From Tubulanus polymorphus (taxonomy: Eukaryota; Animalia; Nemertea): a stretch of DNA of 64,000 nucleotides. The notes beneath the pieces were generated by a model, which had not been told where the DNA came from, made no database searches, and was given only the letters and a program-made list of their open reading frames with translations. Both the position numbers and the translations under genes were made by a program. Shown here piece after piece: positions 26,001 to 37,777 of the stretch. The stretch lies in contig NC_134030.1 in the NCBI RefSeq assembly GCF_964204645.1, positions 4,072,778 through 4,136,777 on the forward strand, written 5' to 3'. Within the stretch, counting starts at the first letter, position 1. Each line of letters starts with the position of its first letter.

Positions 26001-28109
26001 GTGGCATGAATAATTTAACTCGAAAGTTACATCAAGTTGGCAATTCTGTTTGAAAGAAATAACGATTATCGATGATATAAAGCTATACGCCTGAACCATT
26101 TGAAAAATGTACAAGAGATTCGAAACTACTCGACGTAGCAATGCGTGTTTGTTGTATGTGTAATAAAAATGAAGTAGAATCCGAATTACGTTTCCTTTGT
26201 GAATGCAACGCGTATCATGATTTAAGAAAAGACCTATACAACAAAACTGAAGATGTACTAACTGTTGATATAACATCCCTGTCAAGTACCGAGGTAGTAA
26301 CTCAAATTCTTTCAAATTGTAAAATAGTTAAATATGTTGGCATTATGTTGAAAGGATGTCCTTACGACGTAACGGTAACATGCCATGAATATGTTATATT
26401 TGTATGAAAGATTGTGTCTTGTAAGCCTTTTATAGCCTGGCTTTACTTGTAGAGATGACAATTTAATAAACTATATATATACCGATTTCCCACAGCTATA
26501 GATAATTCGATGCTAACCTGATTTTGTTCCGTAGAAAAAAAATATATATGATTTACGCGGAACGACATACATTTCCAATATCCAACTTTTTAAGAAAAAA
26601 ACGGCTTCTTTCCTGCTCTATTTATGCATGCATACTTAACGCATATTAGATTAACAATATGATATGCTTACAAAGTCCATTTACAAAAATTAATTACCGA
26701 AATGCAAACTACTGAGATCTATTACAGATAACAAAGTACCTTTTATTGCGCAATTTTCTGATATATCCACAATTTTTCGGTAGCATATAATTGAATTCAG
26801 AAAAAGCTCAGTGACCATTTAGGAACTTTTGTACAACAGTCGCAAGGGAATTAAGTACAGAAACAATTGAGTTATTCGCTGCCTTTCGTAAATCATAGTT
26901 GATTAGTAAAAACCACCGAATTGCGAATATTCCGTGTAACGATGATGCATTTCTTCATGTTTAATAAATCACTTTTTTTCGGACATAAAAAAGCGTAAAA
27001 AGCAATATGACCAAGGTCACACCGAGCATAATCTTATTTTCAGAACAAATCGGGTGATAAAACGACCTCGGAAATTAAGTTAGAAATAAGAGCGACAGAA
27101 AAATCGAACCAGGTTTTCCAAAGACTAAACAGCACATTCTGATCAAGATGAACATATTCAGTATATTTGAAACCCGACTTTGAAAAATAGCATTGGCGTC
27201 ATTGATGACTTAGTTAGGATTGCCTTCGAGGCAAATCAAATAATGACTTCATCGCACACGATGATCAGGGCCCTTGTGTGTAATATCGTGACCATTACAT
27301 ATGAATTTACTTTAAACGCACTGTTAACGGTCGTAAAATATACGTTTCATCAACTTTGAAAGGAATTATTATCTATTTTCCCGGATGCGAAATGATTTCG
27401 CCACGCGACATAAAATTTCGGGTCATAAACCTAACGGAAGCGTCCCGAGGACATAATTACTTCATAAAATCATAAAATTAAATAAAAATTCGATTTTTAA
27501 TTTTATGATTTTATCAATCGGCAAAAAAATTTAAAAAACAGTATTATGTCCCCAGGACGCTTCCGTATAAACCCGACTTAGAAACATTATACTTTCGTTT
27601 TTATTCTATAATATTAAAAATCAATTTGATTCAAAACATAAATATTCATGTACATTTTCATTCAAGCGAAGAAAGCCGTTCATTTAATCAACAGTAGGTT
27701 TTCGATATGGGCGAAGATCATGCGTGTCATCAACCTGGTGTCATACAGGACAAAACCAAGGGCCCATTTGCACAGTCGTGAGTCCAAAAGTGGTCTTGAC
27801 TGGTCTCGCTATAAAACGAAGATGGTCTAAGACTGATCGTGCTATTCTGTGTCCATGATATCTAAATATATTTACGTACCTTCTCAGAACGACCGAATCT
27901 TCGGCACTGACGTATCTGATACCATGAAAGGTCGTATTCTGTGTAAAATCGTAGAATGCATCCCTCCACGTCACCGGTTTTATTGTCAATTTTGGTTTCG
28001 GATAATGATGATCTCGATCGTTATGCACGTTCGGTTTCAAGTGGTTACTATCGTCTAAGACAGTCAAGTGGTATTTCGTATTCTCTGCTGCGTCGTCCTT
28101 TTTGGTCAT
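20071..28109 (-). CDS. DEG/ENaC (ASIC/BASIC-like) sodium channel subunit, 11 exons, 949 aa, with a ~480-aa extracellular insert
   Basis: Exons 28109-27880, 25859-25692, 25392-25225, 24371-24253, 23679-23498, 23198-23042, 22950-22897, 22774-21540, 21125-20824, 20393-20302, 20213-20071. All introns are GT-AG and phase-compatible; total 2850 nt. Motifs: TTFHG, TM1, FPSVVLCNMN, TDFGPCYAFN, GLRLIMNVEQYEY, Cys-rich thumb, CKCDLPC, DIGGAMGLFIGASVLTVFE. Confidence 0.93.
23784..24221. mobile_element. Non-autonomous TIR element (PIF/Harbinger-like ends) in a channel intron
   Basis: Left end CAGGGCCGGATCCA, right end TGGATCCGCTACTG (imperfect TIR); no clean TSD seen. Confidence 0.55.
26125..26480 (+). 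mobile_element. 5'-truncated non-LTR retrotransposon 3' end in channel intron 1
   Basis: RVCCMCNKNEVESELRFLCECNAYHDLR matches the LINE ORF2 C-terminal zinc-knuckle pattern (R.C..C...E.E.HFL..C..Y..LR); it is followed by AATAAA and a (TA)n tail. Confidence 0.75.
27434..27566. mobile_element. MITE-like inverted-repeat element
   Basis: ACGGAAGCGTCCCGAGGACATAAT ... ATTATGTCCCCAGGACGCTTCCGT; flanks ATAAACCTA and ATAAACCCG resemble a degraded 9-bp TSD. Confidence 0.7.
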
Positions 28110-29530
28110 GATGCCGGTGGCTCCGCGTAAAGATTTAATACACCTACGAACTTCACCCGTGCGATATAAATCTCCGACGTTTTCCTATGTCTACGTGTCC
28201 TCGGTATATTTTCGTTAAAAGTGGTTACAACGATGTTGCTTCGGCACCTTTTTGCTTATGAAATGATCAACTGATACAAACAGTGTATCTATTGCCACCA
28301 GCGGTTGCTGAACCAGACTCAACACCTCACACGAAAGTCATGAAGTCCGTCACAAGAAATAAATGAAATTGTGCCAAGAGCCAAAATCCATCAGTTATAA
28401 ATCGCCGTTTGTAAATAATCTAATAGCATATACGCACTTATGTTGATAGTTATTGCGTTTGCGCAATGCAGTGTATATAAAGAGAGGGAATTCATATAAA
28501 TCCAGAGTTACTGACTGCGAGTCCGGGGACAAAATGGAATAGTCTGCTCGCGGAATGTCGGCGGAAAAAATCTAATTGCTTATATATAATTGGATAAAAA
28601 TCTCAGTACTTATTTCACAAAGTTACCAATCGAATAAATCAGTTGTTTAGAATGTTGAATACAAAACAGACATTAACTTCGATATTGACATATCGCTGAA
28701 TATTATAAATAACGTATGAACCGCGGAGCTGTAAGCAATTTCTATACGACGTACGTCCTTGAACTGAGTTCCGCAATATCGTAACTCGGTAAATTGCATC
28801 AAATGTGAAGTATCTACTCAACAATTTACTCATTAGGAACCTTATGTGAAAAGAAATACTCGAAACCATTATGTAATAATCGTTTATTTCTCTCCGAAAA
28901 CAAGAAAAACGGATCTTACGTTATTTCATACAATTTTCAGTATCGGTAAATATCCGTATTCGTATCTGTTATTATAAACTTAGCTTTTATGAAATTAGCG
29001 AATTGTAAGATTGTCTTGCGGATAATTTATGGATCGTCAACAAACATACAAATCAACGATGATTATTTCGAAGGTGATCATTGAACTAATTGGCTTCAAC
29101 AACTGGTCTTCATATGCATACATCCATCTCTAGAAACAGGAGATTGGAGAGGTGTTCTTTGCATCCACGTTGATGTCAATGTTGGAATTATACATGTGCG
29201 GTAAAGATTAACTGAATACGGTTTTATTACTTTCACCGATGGGTTCTTCACGATACATACCGCTTCTTAGGCAATATCAATATCAATATTCTTTTTCTTG
29301 TTAGAAATATGATAGTCAGAATCTAAAGAGGTCACTTATCGCGATTCGTTAAACATTTAAAAAGCTTTTTCCATGAATCAATTGAAAATTAGAAATGATT
29401 TGACTAATGAGAGTACGACATGTGTTCTCAGTGATAAATAGCAATAGCTGTGAGCGAGTATTGACAAAAGGTATTTGCGATAAAAATGCAAGCTTGATTT
29501 CAGGTGTAGTCATTATAGCAAGTGGTAGAT

Positions 29531-32524
29531 ATGTTACACCGACTCGCGATACTTGTAATTTGCGTTCTCTTTCCCGAAAACCGATGTAAGTCTATTCTTT
29601 ATTATTTGTTTGATTTTATCTGAATTTGAATGATATTTAGAAATTGTTTTAGCGTGGTTTACGGAGAATGAGGTTTGTTTTGACGGACTCGGTTGTTTCA
29701 ACAATGAACATCCATTCGACAATGCGGCGCTTGTTTTACCAGATGAGCCATCAGAGGTTGGTACAGTGTTCTATCTGTTCACTCGTCACTCAGCGTCGCC
29801 ACAACTACTCGACTATACGCGTCAGGAAACACTGGAACAGTCGTTTTTTGATCCGTCGACACCGACGAAATTCATCATTCACGGTTTCAATAACGATGGT
29901 AAAACGAGTTGGGTGACAGAGATAGTCATAGCACTTCTCAATTTGGTAAGTAACGACAAACGATTTTAATAGGGAAGTTTCCAGTTACCAGACGCCATTT
30001 TGAGGCTCTCCCGCAGGTCCCGCATTGTTGGACAGATTTATTCGGCCAATGCATTCGTCCTCCAAGAGATGATGAGGGAATGTGTTGGCTCTCATAGTAC
30101 AGTAACATCGCTGCTACAGGCCCGATGGTACAGACACATAGTACACTATAGTCTGGACGGTCTCAAATGAACCGGTTGATAGCAATTACCCATTCCCTGA
30201 ACAGGTGGCAATGAATTGTTTCAATGTCCATAAAAAGGTATAATTCTCAGCAAGCGGAGAACACTGTCAATCATCGGTATATTGACATCAATTGCTATGA
30301 TCTTCGTGATTATTTTCACAGGAACCCATGAACGTCGTTGTCGTAGATTGGGGCCAAGGTGCGGCTTTTCCTCACTACGTACAAGCTGTCGCAAACAGCC
30401 GCTTGGTGGCGAGACAAACACGCGTTTTATTGGACCAGATGCGATCGTTAGGAGCCCGAATGAGCGAGGTGCATCTTATTGGCCACAGCATCGGGGCGCA
30501 CGTAGCTGGTTACATAGGCGCAGCGTTAAATGCATCAATTGGTAGAATTTCAGGTAAATCTGAATTTATCAACGACAGTCGACTTCAAATTAGCTATAGA
30601 CATCTAACGCGTATAAACGTATTTTGTAAAGGTCTTGATTTGGCGGACCCCCTTTACGGTGATCACGATAAGGCAGTTCGATTAGATGCGTCAGATGCCA
30701 AATTTGTCGACGTAATACACACGAACGCCCGACCGTTTCTGGAAGGAGGTTACGGTGATTACGAGGTGTCTGGTCACGTAGACTTCTACGTAAATGGCGG
30801 AATAGTACAACCAGGATGCGAAGGTCTTGTTGAAACGGTGAAGAACTTAGCTAAAGGTTTAGTGTCAGGTAACTTTTAAAAATCTAAATGATGCAATTCA
30901 TCTACAATCAGTTATTCGTCTATTGCGAAATTAGGTAAATGCTTCCTTTTTCCAATTTCCAGCCGCTACAAAAATACTGTCGTGTAGCCATAGTAGATCA
31001 CATGAAATATTCATTGAGTCTATCTATACGAAATGTCCATTCATCGCTTTTCCATGTAAAGATATGGTAAGTACGCGAGTGTGTTCCTGTTATTACACTG
31101 ACAACCATCAAAACATTATACTTGTGTATAGTAATTTTGTTCATTTATTAAGGCATATCAACGGAAATCGTAAAACGCTCAAAGGCAATGAGCATTGGAT
31201 TTTCAAAATCGTTCGGGAGGAGGGTTCCAAATTCAATTCCAACAAAATCAAAAGCGAACCCATCCCGGCCCCACATAAACATTCGCTACGGGCTTGACGT
31301 AGCCCAATATAATATAACTCTCTCGCATTGTCAATATGTATATCATACTGACGTGTTTCTTACTTTAGGATACTTTTATATGCGGACGATGTATGAGATG
31401 TCCAGAAGAAGGATGCATTCGTATGGGTTATCATTTGCACAAGCCTCCGATACGCGGGAAATTCTATATTGACACGAATAAAAGTCCACCGTATTGTGGT
31501 AAGCAGAATCTATCAAAACCTAAAACATGAAAACATGATGAAATATAAGAAAAAGTTTTAAAAAATTTAATTATCAAGTTTTATGGACTGTTTCACTTTT
31601 GTCTTGTTCATCTTCTGTCTTCGTTTAGGATACCATCACAGCCTCAAACTATTACCTATGAACGACGATGCTAAAGGTTACATCAATGCTCGCTTGTACG
31701 GAAGCGACTCCACGTCGGTAGAGAAAAAGATCTTCAAGTATGTCTGATGACAAATACTTATACAAATCTACGTAAACATTTGATACGATATTACGAGAGT
31801 GTTCACATAAACAACCCACAATTATTGATGATTAACAGTTCCAATTGGATTACAGCGTCAAAGCCGGCGCAACTGAACCAGAGAAAAGTCTTCTACTGAC
31901 TTACACCATAGACTATAAAACGATTCGTTTTACAGCCCATACTTACACTAAGATGCTAGTAAAATCCTCTCAAATGACGTATAATTTCGCTTGAAATGTG
32001 GGAGATTTACAACGTCGTGGTTCTGGATCGCCGCCATCTTGTGCTACAATCAAGAATGCGACTGTCCAAATTGATCACGCATTGCAGGAGCGTTCTGATA
32101 AGGACACTGACATTGGGAACATGTTTGAAGCAGAACTTGTAGGCCTACATAATACATCGGTAATTCATCGCCATTCTTGGTTTCAGTGAAGATTATGAGT
32201 ACGAAGCGGGTAAATACGCAGCCTGGGTGGTTGTTGTGAGGAATGATATCGGACATCCCAAAAGCATCGAACTAACTTATGTCAAACGGGAAGGTATATT
32301 TTGGGGAAGCGGAGCTGATCAGTTAGAAATAGAATCACTCATCCTAAAATCTGGCGTCACAGGAAACGAGTAAATATCTGTTTATTATATTTTCAAGATA
32401 ATGAGTCAATTTTGTAAGTAATATTTTGATTTTCTTACTTTTTAGGCATTATTATTGCGGTGATACACTGGTGCTAAATTCAGGCGAACCTAGAATCATA
32501 AAACTCTCAACAAATTCATGTTGA
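29531..32524 (+). CDS. Pancreatic lipase-related secreted lipase with C-terminal PLAT domain, 9 exons, 473 aa
   Basis: Exons 29531-29585, 29653-29945, 30322-30553, 30632-30868, 30963-31066, 31369-31498, 31629-31737, 32187-32369, 32446-32524. Signal peptide MLHRLAILVICVLF, EVCFDGLGCF, IIHGF, VVVVDW, catalytic GHSIG / GLD / CSH, DAKFVDVIHT; AATAAA at ~32553. Confidence 0.92.
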
Positions 32525-34541
32525 TATTATTTTGTGGTTTAAACTCCTTTTCAATAAATCATTATATTCTTGCGCTAGGATTCGGTCTGTTTCTTATGTT
32601 TGATCTGTAAAAGAGGAGTATCTCTCTGACTCGGCGTCAACAACTTCTCCAACCTGATCAGTCATCACACGTGGGCATCTTGAGGGCATTGGAATTTGCG
32701 AAATCCATTTAATCAAATGATGTGATCACGGGGCGATGGACTCAAAAAAACATTACAATGACATCCCTTCACCAAGAGCCATAGTTTCAGATGTTACAAC
32801 AGGTGATTTAGGCTACAAGCCTTGCGTAGAAACATATGGCCCATGCCCCAGGACTGGGTGAATGACATCGTTTGAATTTTAAGTGGAAATAATGTTAATT
32901 GGTATTCATTGATCAGCGCCATATTAAAGATTGTATAACGTGTAAAAAATCAGTGACCGTTGTTTTGGTCATTGTGGATATATTCAATTCAATTCAATAC
33001 TTTAATACAACTTAAAAGTTTCACAGTGAAACATACAAGTATATAATGCGATAAAGGAAAAAAAGGACAATTAATTTTACAGAGTAGAAAATTACAATTC
33101 AAAATAGACAGGATAACACATTTACGGAACTAGCATGATTTAGCATAAGACACACTCCGGGGCTCCGTCATGAGAAAACTGGAAGAAGCATACGTATATA
33201 CTACCAGGGAGGTGGGAGTGAAAAACGAAGAAGAGGGTTCACTCCCACCTCCCAGGCATATCTAACAAAAAGACCCGTTTCTTTTGTCTGTTATTTGCTG
33301 TATATAGTTACAGAAAAGGTTACAGGATATATACTTCTTATATATCAGACAGTGACCGTCGAAAGGCTTGACGTAAGTCTCCATCTTTATCCAGAGTAAA
33401 GTCTTTAAAACGATCTTAATTTATTAATTTCCCAGGTAGATGAATCAACATAATTCTATACCTCTTATCTTTCAGTCTCTATCTTGGAGAAATCATTTGA
33501 CCAAATTATTACTGAAAGCTCGGTCTTACCACCTGTACAATACTCAGTTCATCTGAATGATTAATAAACCTCCTCTCGAAAGGTTCATAACTACGGCATT
33601 GATTAAATTGGTTGACGTATCTGTGAACACCCAATAAATCTAGCGCGGGTTCACGGTAGGGTTGCACTGATTAAAGATTAATTCACTGATGTAGAACGTA
33701 TAACTTTTTAGAAAAACGTGTTACAAGTTTAAAAGGGCCATTTAATGACCAACTCGTTACTCATAGATATGGCATCGTCCGTTTAAAACGGTTACAACTA
33801 TCCCAACCAACACCTTCAATATTTTGCACCTTTGCATCGCGTGGGTTACGTGCTCTTAGTTTTCGAATCGGACGTCTTTTTTAATGAAAACAAACTTGCG
33901 GTATTCGTGAGAAGGGAGAAAGCTGTTGTCGAGGACGCTATTTACCGCGTACGGTATAAATTATTCAATCGAGTTTAATCTAGTCACGAATTTAGCTGTT
34001 ATCCGGCCGTTTGGGAAATTATGAACTCGTTCGGTTATTGGTTAATGTCGCATTGTTTGGTTATTAATGCCGAGATAAATTCATCGCGTCAATAAAAATT
34101 AAAACCGGTCAATTCGCTTAGAGCATTGCTGATAACTACAGGTGGATTTACATACGTGAACTATCTATTGAACTTATCGTTGTTATACAGAATTCTTTGC
34201 ATATCGTAAGTGGAATCAAACATTTAATTTTGAAAGTCGCGCAAGAAATCGACACATTATGAATGAAGGGTTCGTATGCAAGATTGAATTCAGTTAATCT
34301 ACAATAAATCTATTGTATTTTTCTATCATTCAGATATTTCTTGACACAGGGAAACCATTTCAGTGAATAATCACGTATTCATTCATACGAGAGTGTATCC
34401 TTTTTAGAAATGAAACGAAATCCTTGCTTTTTGCATGTTCGGCATGTATCGTAGCACTCGGTGTCGTTGCGATCTCTAGATATTTTCTACTATTCAATAA
34501 AAGGGGCATTAAAAACCCGATTTCATTTTCCAATTTTGTAG

Positions 34542-37365
34542 TCGATGGTTTTTGGGACAATTGGATATCGTGGTCTGACTGTTCATCATCATGTGGAACC
34601 GGACAGCGTAAACGCGCTAGAAGCTGTTTCGGTCCACAGCACGGCGGATCCGAATGCGAGGGCGTAACCACTGAAATCGAACCTTGCAATACGCATCCTT
34701 GTCCAGGTAAGTGGTAGTGGTACCTTCGGGAAGGTCCATTCGGCTATATACGGCCACGTACATGCCTTTGTAAAAATTTGATACGAAATCCCTAAATTTT
34801 CGAAAGTACCTGTAGTCGATTTGTTTTTACGAATGAAGTTGATGGTAAATGGCGAAGCTGGTCGGTATGGGCGAACTGCACTTTGCCATGTGGTTCTGGT
34901 ATTCGTAGTAGAATTCGACAGTGTGTGCCACCTCAACATGGCGGTCGATCATGTAACGGAATATCTACTGAAAGTGAATCATGTAATGAACATCCCTGTC
35001 CTGGTAAGCGTGGCTTATTTCAGAGACAATCTAAAAGATCAATTTCTATGAATCTCGCTATTACGGACTAACTTTTCAATTTCATGAAGTTGATGGTGTG
35101 TGGGAGATGTGGTCGGTTTGGTCGAACTGTTCACTGGAATGTGGAACTGGTAATCGTACTCGCAGCAGGCGCTGTGTTCCACCTCTTCATGGTGGAAAAC
35201 CTTGCGAAGGTGTTGAAACTAATACCGAGTTATGCAACGAGCATTCTTGTCCGAGTCAGTATTTTGATAAAAATCAAGTCGAATTAATGTTCGAGTTCAA
35301 AATTGTCTTCGATGATCGGTGCGAGGGTATGTATCGTTTTGATTGATATTTTTCAGTCGATGGTCAGTGGAATACCTGGTCTAACTGGTTAACCTGCAGC
35401 CGGTCGTGTGGAAATGGAACGACCTTTAGAACGAGAAATTGTATCCCTCCGCGTTATGGTGGACAAAACTGTAGCGGTGATGGACAACAGCTCAAAGCTT
35501 GTAACACACGTCCTTGTCCAGGTGATCTGTCCTCACCAAATGCTCAAATCGCGTAGTCATTCTCCTGATTCTAATTCTCTCTCTCCACTTAATCGTTCTT
35601 TTAGTCGACGGATATTGGTCGAATTGGGGAAATTGGTCGCAATGTTCGAAATCGTGCGGCGGTGGAGCGAGTTTCAGATATCGAGATTGCTCGCCGCCTT
35701 TATATGGCGGGGAAAACTGCACTGGCCTCGACATCGCCCAACAAGAATGTAACACACGGATGTGTCCAAGTAAAGATGAATGCTCGGTTTCGACGATATG
35801 GGAATAGACTAGAGAAAATTAAATCCTTTTTCATATTTGTCTACATACATTTTAGATGATTCCAATCGCGCTTTTATTGCTTAAACACTCTTGCAAATCT
35901 CATATTCAAGCTCACACTTTGCTGCTTTTGATGTCTACGTACTAACAATTTTGGTCAGCCACCTGTAAAAGGATAGATACCGATAGATAGTTTTCGTTGA
36001 AATGCAAATCACAAAATCTAATTCTCTAGGACCTGGATCGTGGCTTCAGTGGGCGACATGGGATGACTGTAGCGCCACGTGTATGGGTGGTATCCGGAAT
36101 CGAGTTCGAGAATGCAACCTGACGACCCATGGAGAAGAGTTAACCCTTCCTTGTGTGGGAAATGCAACACAAACCGAAATCTGCAATGATTTATCATGTG
36201 ATCCGGGTAAGTTCGCAGAATGGAGCCAAATTTCAATCTGTTCTTGAAGTGTACATTGTAATTATCTTCATTCCAAATCCTAGTTCGGAGTTGTACGGAA
36301 CTACGGCAAAGAGGACTTCGGGAAAGCAACTGGGTAACGATCGATCCCGACGGACCCACGGGATTTGAACCGTTTCGCGCGTATTGCGACATGGAGGCCG
36401 AAGACGGTATCGGAGTCACATTCGTTTGTAAGTAACATACACCCAGGATACAGGTCTCTGGAATCGTATTCACGAAACACCCGCAATCATGTTTCTCGTG
36501 TAACATATGGGCGGACACTAGTTACGAGTGCTTCGTAAGTAAGGAATTTTCTCTAAGTTTGAACATAGAAGTACGGCGTGAACTTACTGGGGGTAGATGA
36601 TGGTTCGGCCAGAGTCATTTGCGTTAATGACTTTCATATTTCCTTGAATATTTCAGACCACAATCGAGTGAATTACTCGTCTGTAACTGGTTACGAAGGC
36701 TCGTGTGAATATAGAAGGACGCTGGTATATGATTCGCAGGTGATTTCCCCGCTCGTCGATCTCGTTACATCGTCTGATCAATGTAAGCAGTATCTGTCGC
36801 TTCGCTGCAAAAGCGCCGCAATCAGTAACGATCGGATCATACAATGGCACAAAAAGATGACCTACTGGATCAATCACAATTCAGAGGAGAGGTACGTGTG
36901 TCACTTAGATTTTCTAGCTGATAACGGCAGAACAACAAGATTAAAAACGATTTATTATTTGAAAGGTTTTACTGGGGAGGAACACCTGGCGGTACTGACT
37001 GTGCGTGTGCCGTTAATTCGACTTGTATCGAGCCGCAATTGAAATGTAACTGCGATAAAAATGACAAAGTTTGGAGAGAAGATGCCGGTTATGTAAGGGT
37101 CAAGGAAGATTTGCCTATTTCTAAGATATGTATCGGAGACACGGGTATGTAACATCCAGTTCCGTGAACGACTCCAGTGCTTTAAACCGCAGACAAGTCT
37201 TAAATCTAAAAATCTGTGAAAAAGATTGCATCTTCATAAGCATTTCATCAACTGACATGTATCGAATTTCATTTGTACTTTTATTTCTCAGGTTCACAAC
37301 CGGACGAGGCAGCAAAATACATGGTCGGTCCACTGATTTGTTGGGGAATGGCGGATTCAGTCTAA
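34542..37365 (+). CDS. Extracellular protein with six thrombospondin type-1 repeats and a C-terminal Caspr/neurexin-IV-type fibrinogen-like domain (5' end unresolved)
   Basis: TSP1 exons 34542-34706, 34839-35003, 35090-35254, 35357-35521, 35605-35769 (each 165 nt, phase 1-1) and 36030-36206. Then 36284-36427, 36657-36891, 36966-37144 and 37292-37365 encode SCTEL...IDPDG...AYCDM...[10 protein letters not shown]...YWGG...CACA...CNCD...W.EDAG...LPI...IGDTG...VGPLIC. Confidence 0.88.
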
Positions 37366-37548
37366 GTCGACTAAGATACCACGGACGAAAATCTATGTGA
37401 TTACTGTCAGAATTATGCTGTATAACTTTATCTTATGAATGGAAAATATCTATGGGAATAAAAGGATATCCAATAAATGATTCGTTGGTTTTTAGAATTG
37501 AGTGGATTCCATCCCGCCGCTAGATTGGTGTCAGATCATAACTGTTCA

Positions 37549-37678
37549 GTGCTGCCCCTACATATGTCATAAGCGGTTAACATGTGAACTAACAGGACTG
37601 CACAATATTCCTCCTGTGGCAAGTGAGCAACAAGTTAGTTCGCATATTCGCCGTTAACGCTATTTTTAGGGGCAGCAC
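37549..37678. mobile_element. Small inverted-repeat (MITE-like) element upstream of RSU1
   Basis: Perfect 12-bp TIR GTGCTGCCCCTA / TAGGGGCAGCAC, plus internal GAACTAAC / GTTAGTTC. Confidence 0.6.
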
Positions 37679-37777
37679 CCAGCTTGACATTCCTACTGTG
37701 GCATGCGAGTAAAAACCAGGAAGTAAAAGGAAAAATTGTCAGTTTTTGGAGTTTTTTGATCAAAATCGTACCATAAA

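Noticed and set aside
31838-31995. Extra lipase exon within the intron
   Set aside because: Candidate frames end in stops, and the 31737-to-32187 splice already yields a complete PLAT domain.
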